Of a DNA stretch of 64,000 nucleotides, positions 52,360 to 64,000 are shown piece after piece. Below the pieces are notes generated by a model, which saw only the letters and a program-made list of their open reading frames with translations, made no database searches and was not told where the DNA came from. The stretch is from Utricularia gibba. Taxonomy: Eukaryota; Plantae; Magnoliophyta. Where the stretch lies: NCBI GenBank assembly GCA_002189035.1, contig CM007990.1:5828001-5892000 (forward strand). Reading direction: 5' to 3'. The stretch's first letter is position 1. Each line of letters begins with the position of its first letter. The position numbers and the translations under genes are program-made.

Positions 52360-55359
52360 CTATAGCAATGGAAGCAGTAGCAATCCCATCAGCAGCAGCA
52401 ATGAGGAGGAGGGGATATTGAAGCTGCAGCCACTGGGCAGGGAGTGAGCTCCGACAAGATGCACAGAGCCCGTGATTTCGTCCTTCAGTTCGATAGTCGA
52501 AGAGCCTAGCATCAGGACAGCAGAGTGAAACAGCCTGTTTAAGTAGGATAAGATCCACAGGAAAATGAATGTGTGTGTGTGTGTGTGTGTGATGATGCTT
52601 ACAGTTGTACTCGGTCCAGCCAATTGTTTGGTTTTCGAGATCATAGACGACCAGCTTATTTGAGAGAACTAAATCTGTCCAAGTTAGACAAGCCCACAAT
52701 TAAGAGAACTGGAAAAGAATGTGGAGCAAATTTATCTACACTGTGAAAATATGACAAAAAGAGCTGAACATTTTTGCACCTCCTAAGAGGGTAATGTTCA
52801 TTTTATCAGGGGAACTCAAGCCACTATTTTGCCATCCAATGCAAATCAAATCTTCCTGCGAGCAAAGCAGTCATAAGGGAAATGAAATCAGTTTTTTTTA
52901 GGTAATGTGCATTTTAAGACACAAGTAGAGCAAAATATACAATTGTGGAGTGTACGTACAAAAGGGAATAGATATTCATGAGGATAAACGGTCAACGAGA
53001 GAGAATTTTCAAAGTGAAGAGTGACATTTGGAAATCCCTCATCAACACTGCAAAATCCACGAGCAAAGTGAAGAGTGAATCTCAAGAATCTACACAATCG
53101 GCTATGGGAATTATGTATGGTGCCAAACCCTCACAGAAACCACAAAGATAGATTGGAAATGGCACCATACACTACAGCATCAAACAATTCATAGTACCTT
53201 CCAGAATAGGCAAAACAAGAGTATTCATCATGAAGAATTTGTAATTTTAAATTCAACTGCCAGGAGAGAATCTGAAAAGCACAAAAGAAAAACAAAAAAA
53301 AAATTGAAAAGATGAAATCAAACATTCGAAAAAATTTATCTCCAATGCAGATAAGACAAACATCAGACCTTCGTTACTAAAGGTTCATAAATGAACTGGG
53401 GCAAATATGCCAGAGTAGTACCACTGTCAATTATAGCACCTTTCTTCTCAAATTTAGTAAAATTATCTCTAGTCAGATTCAGAAAATCAAGACCAACTTG
53501 AACTCCAGTCAAGTTGACATTGTAATGTGGCCTGCACCAAAAGGTAACAGTTTGTTTTTTCAACAAAGAATGGGAACTCAATTAGCAGGAAAGAAGAATA
53601 GGTGTACTATCAAAGGCTAGTGAGTAGTCATACTGGTCAGGCAACAGTGGTGTAGTTTTTACTTGAGGTTGAACAACATGACCAATGGCAAAAATGCCTC
53701 CACCATTGACACCGTCTAAGCAATGTGCAAACATTTTTCTCACTTTCCCAGTGTAGGCTAGTTGTGAAAGCATTGATGCATTTGATTTTCCGAAACCCAA
53801 TATCCCATCAAGCGCATCATCTGAAGATTCCAAATCCCCAGATTGCCTAACACTACATCTGCACAAAATGATCGACAAAGAGATGAGTTCCAATATGTAT
53901 ATCATTAAGGAAATAATAATCAAGCAAGGCGTTGCATCTGCTAACGGTAGCAACTGACATGCGCATGAATTACATTAAGTGTAGTCATCCATGAAAAGGT
54001 GTTCTCCAAGATTGAAAAGACCCTTCAGTAAAATGGATACCTACCCGAAAATAACACTTCCGTTTCCTGAATTGGTTTTCAAATCACCAGAAACAAGATC
54101 GTATTGGACAAAATCCTCAACAAAGTATCCCATATTATAACTTCCATCACTGTAGATCTCGGCATATATGCAAGATACATTAGAAGAGCAATTTGATAAG
54201 CCTCCACCAATCGCTTTACAGAAACTTCGATTACATGAAACAAGTTCGCTCGTGAGGGAGTCTTTTGGGTCATATAAAGTAAGTTCCATCTGAAAAAGTG
54301 CAGCATAAACTGAATACATGACAGTGTAGTGAAAAAGCAAATGGCGCAAGCACTCATCCCTACACCTACAACAATGAGAAATAGTAAGATGAGGGTCATA
54401 CACCACGGTATCCTTTACGGGGGCATTGCTGGCACTGGATGCAGTTAACCCATGTTATGTCACTCCCAGTGTCAACTTGAACATAATAGTCCTTCGGTGG
54501 CATCCCAATGCCAATTTTGGCGTAATACAGTCTGGGGAACAAATGAAGAACATTAAATAGGAAAATATCATTGTATGTTAATTCGTGTAAATGAGTTAGA
54601 ACGGTCAAGCTCTTTCTCTTCGACATATTTGCAGTAAAAGAACAGTAAATAAACACATGAACTCAAGACCACAGTTTATAACAAGCCGGAATCTTTTATT
54701 AACAAGCTGAGTAGCAGTCGAATTGCCGTGCCTGCATAAACCCAATACCCATACTCCTAAAACCATTATCCAGGCTGCATCACTAAACCCGATACCACTA
54801 CTTATTTTTTTGAAAGACACCCCCTTAAACACGACCACCGAAGGCATCGATTGAGAGCACAACGAGAACCAATTTCAAAACCAATTCACGATAGGTTATT
54901 CCCTTCTTAAATGAAAATCACCACTTTTCGTTGTCATCTTTACAATGCTGAAACCCGCGTGTGTAAACAGAGATTGAGTGCCAATGCACAGTGTACCAAC
55001 GACACCCACAAACAGACGATCAGAAAAAAAAAAAAAAAAACTTCAATCCCCCTACAAAGCAAAGCAAAAGGCACTCACCCAACAGCCTCGGGTCGACCCG
55101 TCCCGCCCAGCGGGAGATCAACGCCTGCAAGAATGGCGAGATGACGAATGTCATCGTGAGCTCTGAGAGCACTGAGTGTCGGGTCGGAGCCTGCGAACTT
55201 GTAATTGACTTTCATGACTCCGGTTCCTCCAGTAGCATCGGCGCCAATGGAGGCGAAAAAATTGAGCAGGAGAACCAGAGAGAACAAGAAACCGGCGCAT
55301 CCCTTGAATCGGAGAAAGTCATCGGCGCCGGAGAAAGGTCTACGACCCGTAGCGTCCAT
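52360..55359 (-). CDS. Aspartic protease, A1 family (At1g05840-like), multi-exon, with C-terminal hydrophobic tail
   Basis: LYYAKIGIG..VQVDTGSD and IIDSGTTLAY catalytic motifs, CIGWQNSG, LVVYDLENQTIGWTEYNC. Confidence 0.94.
52570..52591. repeat. (GT)n microsatellite in the last intron of the aspartic protease
   Basis: About 10 GT units visible directly. Confidence 0.85.
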
Positions 55360-55757
55360 ATGCTTCTTCCTCAGACTACCCAAACGACAGCTAGGATGAC
55401 ACGGCGATTTGTTTAACATTTCTTCCCCACAGTTTTGTTTTTTAAATCTCATTCAAATAATTGGAAGCGATTCCATAAAATTTATTATTTTTTAATCCAT
55501 CCTCTTCCTCTCTTTTTTCCACACGATTGGTAAACATTAAACGTCATTAGTCCAAGATCAATTATTGCAATTAAGGTAATGCATGTGTATTAGATTTGGG
55601 CCCAGCCCACATATAGCCCAATTCTCAATAAGTGCCACGGCCCAATTACGATTCATACCTTTTCCCATTCCTAAACATGCAACCATCAGTATTTTAAATG
55701 ATCAAAAAACACAACAAAAACATCTATTTTTCTTTTCACGTGTTTTGTGAGATAAAA

Positions 55758-57267
55758 ATGGAAACTGCTCAGAATCATTCACAACGTCCAGGCCATGAGC
55801 AAGACACAGCCCATTTCAATCGATAGAATCGCAAACCCCCGTTTTCTTCTGCAATGAGGACATTTGCAAGACAAGGGAATTATCAATTCCAAGCTATCAA
55901 TAAAGTAACTGCTCCAAGAAACACATACTGTTTCCCAGGGAATGGTGAGCATGGAACCTGCCTGCAAAAAGGGCGGAGAGTAGGACTTGGAGAGTTCTGT
56001 TGAAGGAGAGGATGATATGGAGAACAGCAGCTCCTCTGTTCATGCAGTAATGAACATGATTGGCATGGTCATAGGTATTTGAATACATGCCTTCATGCTT
56101 TTGTACCTCCGTTGTTTGATCAATTCAAAAGAATAGAATAATGGTACCTCAGGTTTGGGACAGTCATCTGTGTTCATAGTAGTAGGCCTTGAAGCAGCAT
56201 GTGAAGAACACTTCCCATCTACTTGGCAGATGCTCGCACAAGAATCCCAAGGCAAGGGACTACAAGAACATTGGGCAGAATGAATTCGGATCCAAGGGAA
56301 GAATCCTTGCCGGATTTTCATTTACATGAAAATCTCCATGGCAACCTTGCTATTGTTTTCAACAGCATCCATCTCAGGTGGGGCTGGGCTCGTTTATCTA
56401 CTTCTCAGCTGTTAGATATTATAGCTGTACTAGTTGCCCCTCCCAGATTGTGGCTAAGGAACCTTTCTTCGATTTCGTTCCTTTCAACTGCTGGAATTCT
56501 CATGTCAGTCCTCATTTTTTTGTCTGGACAATACATGTTCAGTTACGCTGGTCATATAGTCTTCCCTAATGTATACTCTGCCATGAAAGATCCTTCCAAG
56601 TTACAAAGGTAGAAAAAAATCAGGCTGCTTTTTATTTTTCTCTAAGCATCCCAAAAATAACACCGTCAAAATGCATCAGTTTCATCAGCTTGCTGATGCA
56701 CACTGTAGTTCAAAGCTTTAAATAATCGCATGCTCTTTTGTGCAACCTCAGGTATCGGTCATCATCTTCTCAGTAGTGACTAGCATGTACACAATCTTAG
56801 TCCGGTCCTCATGTTGACTCTCAGATTAGACTACGAAGTCTCTACCTCACAATGATTGCACTCTGGGCAACACCATGCTCACCCAAACGACAAAATATGC
56901 TCTGGAGTTCGCACCATTGGCAATCCAACTTGAGAGAAGCATTCCTCATTCAACACAGGTAACAAAGATGATCATCCGAGGGACAACTGGATCAATTCTA
57001 TTTCTTATGATACTCACTCTTACACTCACTGTGCCTTACTTTGAGCATGTTCTGAGCCTCACTGGATCGTCGGTGAGTGTAGGCATCAGCATAATCCTTC
57101 CATGCGCCTTTCATACCAAGATATTTTGGAGCCAGATTTCTAAACCGCTGGTGTCTCTCAATGTAGTTATCATAACCCTTGGAGTACTTATGGGAGCCTT
57201 CGGCACTATTTCATCTTCAATGTCTCTCCTGAAAAGTGTAGAGGGAGGCCATAGAAACCATATTTAA
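55758..57267 (+). pseudogene. AVT1H: Amino acid transporter AVT1H-like relic
   Basis: SSSVHAVMNMIGMVIG-LGQ, TSHLLGRC, AGHIVFPNVYSAMKDPSK, TKYALEFAPLAIQLE, VLSLTGS; segments are in shifting frames with in-frame stops and multi-codon deletions. Confidence 0.8.
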
Positions 57268-57491
57268 GTACTCAAAGCCTCTAAGATGTATGGAATAAGT
57301 TATCTTGGATTTTATTTACGCAAGTGAGATAATCCTCATGGAATTTCAACATGTACACTTACATATAAACACATCCTTGGACCCTTGAAGGCCAATCTTG
57401 TACCACTCGAATTTGTGAAATGTTCACCTGACATGTTTCACAAAACCAGTGTTTCTATTCTACTCTTGGCTGTAAGCATGGACGTAAGAGG

Positions 57492-59073
57492 TTACCAATG
57501 AAGTCCAGAACTTGCAGCCCGCATAAGTGGATGAGCAAAGTAAATGCCGAGGGTCAAGAATGTTATTGATAAGTAAGGCAACCGGAGAAACTCCTTGTAG
57601 TAATCCCGAGGCAACTTCTGGCGCCCGTCAAGAATAGCAGCAAATGGAACTACGCTGGTTCTCTGCTTCACAATCTCGAACGCTTCACCATGTCGCTTGG
57701 CCAGCCTTCTGTCCCCATTCCATACGCCAAAAAGATGGTGTGCAATCAAACCCAAAGAAGCTGCTACAGCAACTGAATTCCCTATCCAGACAGTGTGGGC
57801 AATGCACCACATTACTTGTCCGACCATCTGATCAAGGAATATGAAAATCATATCACGAAACTGCAAATTACTGAGAATAGATTAAAGAGCTGAGGATCAG
57901 ACTTTTGAGGAGGGATGAAAAGCATACTGGATATCAGGCAATTTACTCTCACCTCTGAGTGTGAACTAAACATAAGACAGCGACTTACGGAACACATTTT
58001 CAATTTGTATAAAAAAAATCCATGGTCATATGTCCTCTAAATCTCAAATTTAAACCAAAAAACATGGAATAACTTCTGTATACCTGTGGGTGCCGAGTGA
58101 TTCGAATAATTCCAGTTTCCCAAAGATGCATCTTGGGCTTGTCAACTGCCGCAACCTCGAGCAAATTAAAAGTAGACGGATAAAGGAAAAAGAATGAGAC
58201 AAAGTTGGTGAGCCAGAGAAGCTCATGTAACCAAGGAACACCCTGAAGTTGCCATAGCTGCACTCCATCATATCTATGGTTGATAAAGTAAACCTGAAAA
58301 AACCAGTAACGTTAGTAAATCTAAGAACTGGAAAATAGTAGGTCACAGCATATGCATTGTATGCTACAATACAGAAATCTAAGCACTACGTAAACTTCAA
58401 TAGGTCATGGTGGGATACTCACAATTGTAGTAACAGCCAGTGGAAGAGATACCCCAGCAAACAATACACGGAATGCTCGTTCTCCAATAACTTTCTCGCC
58501 TTCGTCCCTGAGACTAGCCAAGCCACTATGAACTAGAGCAAAAATGAGAGTAAGAAGAAACATGGCAACCTGAAAATGGAAAAACATCACCATTAATTTT
58601 AAGCACAACGAACTTCATCTTTCCCCAACAAAAGAAACATAAACTACTTTCAATTGAAGAACTCCAACTCGAACCTCATGGCTGCCAGAAAAGTTTGATA
58701 CGGCGTTAATAAACGGTTTACCCAAGCCAGTTTGATTATCGAGCCAAAATAAGTTAAGGAGATAAAGCACCACGCCCAAAACGCCGGCGAAATATAACCA
58801 CGAAGAAATCCTCTGTTTGTACAAGTCAAATTCTGCAGAATTTTCCCCCACCAAGAAGGAAGCTTCATCTTCCTCAGCTTCGGTGTCCGCAATCCGCACC
58901 ACGAACGCTTTCCGCTTCCTGGAGGTCAAAAAATTGATAGAACCGCAACGGGATACATTCCCACTGACATGAAACGAGGATGATACTGTCGAAGAAATGC
59001 TAAAAACACACTTGGGCTGCAGCAGACGATACTGAGAACAAAGAGGAACGGAGAGATGACCAGAAGCAGCCAT
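57492..59073 (-). CDS. Z-ISO: 15-cis-zeta-carotene isomerase (NnrU family), 4 exons, plastid transit peptide
   Basis: [69 protein letters not shown]. Confidence 0.95.
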
Positions 59074-59636
59074 GGCAGCTCCAAAAAAATGGTGCACAAA
59101 GACGATGAAAGAGGATCAGGTACTTGATGATGGACCAAAATCAGAGGTGAACATGTGCGGTCCACGTGACGAATGAAAGCCTAGGCCCAAATTCCCGCCA
59201 ATCACCCAAACACAGCCCTAAAAAATCCAATTGGGCTTCCATTTTTTTTTTCAATGGCAAGATATATTTAGAATTAGAAATGGAATATAAAAGAGGAAAA
59301 ATGTTTTTTAAATATAAATATAGTTGTAACAGATGTGCACTCTTTTCTAATCAAGATTAGGGTGCCTTAGGCTTAGTAAGTATCATTAATTATGTATTGA
59401 TTATCCCTAATCCTGGTGAAATTATCATCGTCGTTAACAGAGCAGAAGACGAAAAAGGAAATTGTGAAGCATTTTTGGGTAATCCGCAGAAAGCGTACAT
59501 CACGACTCCCATCGGCGCTTTCATCTCTCCACCCCGAACGGTTGAAATCGGCGGCCTGTCGGGAATGCAATAATACATTGTGCCGCTGGATCTATTGGAG
59601 GCATATTAGATTCATTTCTTCTTCTTAAGATCGAAC

Positions 59637-62450
59637 ATGGATGAAGAATACGACGTGGTAGTCCTAGGGACGGGCCTCAAGGAATGCATTCTCAGCGGTC
59701 TTTTATCTGTCGATGGCCTTAAGGTTGGTTTCAATCGTAATTCATTTCATGTTCCATGAATGTACGTCTTTTATTGGCCGTTAGATCCAATTTTTTAATT
59801 TTTTCGGGTTCTTGCCGTTATTGAATTGATCTGATTTGTTTGATGGGTTGGGGACTTGGATGAGGTATTGTCAGTGTCAATATTTATATTTTTTAATGCT
59901 CCCTGATTGATGTGCGTTGGATTGTAGTTTCTTCTGTTTTCTGGTTATGATTTGGGTACTTTTCTAATCGGTATGGCTGGAGGGAAAAGTTTTTTTTACT
60001 TGCAAATCTTGAACTTTTGAATTTATTTTCAGATATGTGAACTGCTCTTACTCTCATAATTGAATTGGTAACAGGTTTTGCACATGGATCGCAATGATTA
60101 TTATGGAGGCGAGTCTACTTCACTTAACCTCATTCAGGTATGTTCTTAAATATTGAAGTTTAGCCGAAGGTTTCTCACATACCATGACTGAAATGGTTTA
60201 TTTGAATCTATAAGCTTTGGAAGAGATTCCGAGGTAGCGATCAGCCTCCAGCTCACTTGGGCTCCAGTCGGGATTATAATGTTGATATGATCCCTAAGGT
60301 ACTTATCCTTGTTATGTTGTTGGATTTTCACAAGATTTTCTTTTTTTCTTTTTTTCGTGAGGCTTCAGTCATTTTTTCAGTTTATTATGGCAAATGGTGA
60401 ACTTGTGAGAGTTCTCATTCATACTGATGTTACCAAATATTTGTATTTTAAAGCCGTGGATGGGAGCTTTGTTTACAACAAAGGGAAGGTATTATCTTTT
60501 TGCTCTACGTTGATTCCTTGTTCTTTGCTAGCAACGTCACCTTTTCTACCTAAATTAACTGGGGCAGATCCACAAAGTTCCTGCGAATGATATGGAGGCC
60601 CTCAAGTCTCCGCTTATGGGAATCTTTGAAAAGAGGCGTGCCCGAAAATTTTTCATTTATGTTCAAGATTACAACGAGACTGATCCTAAAACACATGGAG
60701 GCTTAGATCTGATGAGAATAACAACGAGAGATCTCATCAAGTATGGACAATAATTACCACTTTGAGTTCTTAGGGTCCGTAGCACTTTGATTTTATGCCC
60801 TTTTACAAGCCTTTCTGTTCAATTCCTGACAGGAAGTATGGCCTTGATGACAACACTGTGGACTTTATCGGTCATGCATTGGCTCTCCACAGAGATGATC
60901 GTTACTTGGATGAACCAGCATCGGACACTGTGAAGAGGATGAAGGTTGTTCTTCTTATTCATGAAAAAGGAGCTTTCTTGCATCTCTCTTTGTAATATTG
61001 CATTTCATGGCAGCTTTATGCCGAGTCACTGGTACGCTTTGCTGGAGGATCTCCATACATCTATCCTCTTTATGGCCTTGGAGAATTACCCCAGGTTTGT
61101 ATCTATGGATACATTTCATTTGCTTGCGTTGCATCAAATATTCATTCTTGCTTTATTCTGAAATCGGGCAGGCTTTTGCCCGATTAAGTGCAGTATATGG
61201 AGGGACATACATGTTGAACAAACCTGAGTGCAAGGTGCAGATTTCATGCTTTCGTCTTTGGAAAGTGCATTGATAGGAAATGATCAAAATAGGAAGAATT
61301 TTTGTTGACAGTTTTACTAGTGAAAAAACGTGGCTTTGTTCTGCCCCTATGCGGTAAGGAGGATTTAGTTAGTCATGCTTGTAGCATGACATGCTTTGGC
61401 CGTTTCAACAGTGCTTATCTTCTACTGTTCGTATTCTTGCTTAAGTTGTTTTTTGGTCTCCACGCAGGTGGAGTTTGATGAGGAAGGAAAGGCTTATGGG
61501 GTTACATCAGAAGGTGAAACTGCCAAGTGTAAGAAAGTCGTATGTGATCCGTCATACCTTACTAACAAGGTGACATATCTTCCTGTCTTAATGTAAAGCT
61601 CTGGTTATCGCATCTCTGGTAACATACCATTTCGTGCAGGTTAGGAAGGTTGGTAAAGTTGCCAGAGCTATAGCTATTATGAGTCACCCAATTCCGAACA
61701 CTAATGAGGCTCACTCAGCACAGGTCATCCTTCCGCAGAAGCAGTTAGGTCGCAGATCAGATATGTGAGTAACTTGCCTGCGCTATGTGTTTAAGGAGAA
61801 TCAATGACACTTTTGGTAATGATGTTATGGTCTGTTGTATTCTGTAATCGTACGTATTTGGATGTGCTACTATCATATCAACGTCTGCATGTGGTGCCGC
61901 ATCATTCACTTTCATGTGTCAATTGTGTTGTGCAGGTACCTATTTTGCTGTTCTTATTCTCATAATGTCGCTCCCAAGGGGAAGTACATCGCTTTTGTGT
62001 CGACAGAAGCTGAAACTGATGACCCTGCAACTGAACTGAAGCCAGGTGTTGATCTTCTGGGGCCCGTTGATGAGATCTTTTTTGAGACGTACGACAGATT
62101 TGAGCCTGCCAATGAGCCTTCTTTGGACAATTGCTTCATATCTACTGTAAGTTCATGGGGAGTGAAATTTATATTGCTAACAGTTTCTAATATCCACCAA
62201 CTCACCATGTCTTTACTACAGAGTTACGATGCATCCACTCACTTCGAATCCACAGTTGCGGACGTACTGAACATGTATACCTTAATAACGGGAAAGGTAA
62301 GATACATACATAGTTTATGCTCACGCATGCCCTCATTTCTGAGTTTCTGTGACTAAGCAAAACGCATTAGTATGTGTGATGATGCTACTAACGGTCCAGG
62401 TCCTGGATTTGAACGTGGACTTAAGTGCCGCCAGCGCCGCCGAAGAATGA
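59637..62450 (+). CDS. GDI: Rab GDP-dissociation inhibitor, 13 exons
   Basis: [83 protein letters not shown]. Confidence 0.97.
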
Positions 62451-63306
62451 AGAGTTGCGGCTTGCTATTGCTTTATTATTAGCAAAATGCAGTTCTGTAA
62501 AAAAAAAAAAAGAATCTTTACCAACAATGTCTGCCCTCTTCTGTGCATGGGAAGAGATAACACTGAACTCTGTAGTTCTTTTCTGGTTTGGATGCCCTGT
62601 AGTACTAAAGATAAAGATTCGAGAGTCGGAGCTTATCGCACATGATTTCAAGCCCCCAGAAAGCTTATACTTATGAACATAGAGACGAGGTGGTGATGAG
62701 CAAGAATACCGGAAGTTCATTCCAACGGCCACTTGTGCCGGCATTAAGGTGCCATCTTCATCTTCAGCCGGAGTTTCGATACAGCAACTTGATTTGTTTT
62801 CTTGTTTCAATTTTCGGTTGGCCTGGTAATTCACCAGTTGCTGTGGATGGCGAAGCCATGCGTCCTGATTTCATTGATTTTTTTTTGTTCTAGAAGGAGG
62901 ATTTGGATGATCTCTGGTGAAAAAATGGTGGGAAGAAGAAGCTTGATTTCATGGAATAATTGCCTTTGGCTGAGAAGGCCTCGAGAAGCTTGCTGGAGAA
63001 ATGAGTCTATTCAGATGTCGGAGTGATCGAGACCTAATGGCTCCAGTACGTAGAGGCGCCACAGTTTTCCGGAGCTCACTTCGACTTTCCGACGCCGGAG
63101 CACATACCTATGTCACCGATGGTGTTACCGGATTTGATTTTACAGCTTATTCCGGAAATATCCCCGTTCGTCTCTTCTGGGTCTTGTTACGTGAAGGGAT
63201 TAGCTCGTAATTTTCTTGAAGGTATATAAAGATATTTCTCCTCAAGAGCTTTTCGTTTCTTTTTTCCCTAAAAAACAAAAAACGGAGTGGAGAGTGAGCG
63301 GAGCCG

Positions 63307-64000
63307 ATGAGTTTGAGTCTGGTGCAAGGCTACTCTTCCGCCGAGGAAGATGATGGCGGTCAACTACAAAATAATGTCGTCTCCGAAGATGAGGCTGAGG
63401 AGGAGGTTGCCGCTCCTATAAAACCTAGCAGAACCTACAAACCGTTGTTCGATCCCAATCCCCCCTCGTCCTCCTCATTACCCTCCGCTTTTGACGTATT
63501 CTCTGAAGTAAGTTTGCATCCAATTACGCGTAACACCGAACTGGGAGGGAACTAGGGTTTGAAGTCGTTTTTTCGGCAGGTTCAAGGTCCTCCGCAGTTT
63601 CTGAACAATTCGGCTGCTGCCGCGGAAGATGAGGGACAATTTAGCCATGGTGGCACGAGAACCCGCAAAGAGAGAAAGGATTTGCCTCCAGGTTAAATTT
63701 CCTTTGTTAGCTCTCTTTCAGTAGATTTTTGTAGGGAAAAATGACTAGAAAAAACGCTGTTTCTGCGTGGAAGTTTCAATTTTTCTGGCTTTTTTTCTCC
63801 TGTAGTGGTTTAACGTAGTTACGACGCACAGCCTCTTTTAAAAATAATATGCTCTTAAAGAACAAGCTCTCTATGTTGGCATGGTATCACATTATTCAGG
63901 ATTAGTTACGAAGGTTGCTGGGTGTCCGATGGGTTATGTGGTGTGTTGTCTCTAGGTGTGGTGCTCGAGTCCAAGGCTCAACTAGTTGGGATCCATCAGC
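63307..64000 (+). CDS. Conserved uncharacterised protein, 5' part (runs off the window)
   Basis: MSLSLVQGYSSAEE.., LPSAFDVFSE|VQGPPQFLNN..KDLPP|GVVLESKAQLVGIH with canonical splice sites. Confidence 0.75.

Overview
Plant (eudicot) nuclear DNA with very high gene density: about 21 protein-coding genes in 64 kb, mostly 70-200 nt GT-AG introns and no recognisable transposon. This compactness suggests a minimal genome such as Lentibulariaceae, but that is inference only. In order along the window: PMM (3' end), DDX6/RH6-8-12 helicase, an 80-aa small protein, group IIe WRKY, CHID1-like GH18, a PAP/OAS1-type nucleotidyltransferase, a DUF688 protein, a candidate small antisense gene, a BCS1-type AAA-ATPase, MIR166, an NDR1/HIN1-like gene, RDM1, LHY, a UBA/PUB protein, METTL13, WAT1/UMAMIT, a charged 'MSRCFPFPPPGY' family gene, bHLH128-like, an aspartic protease, Z-ISO, Rab-GDI and a partial gene at the right edge. 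Decayed relics of GPAT4/8, PYL and AVT1H lie between the intact genes. At least 7 otherwise intact genes each carry a 1-nt frameshift at a short base run, most likely assembly error. The best novelty candidates are (i) a two-helix switch-like RNA element next to cryptic splice sites in the unusually long first intron of bHLH128, (ii) a small antisense gene whose splice acceptor forms an inverted repeat with a + strand acceptor, and (iii) a GC-rich multi-hairpin island at 43.74-43.94 kb. All family assignments come from motif recognition and memory; no database searches were run.
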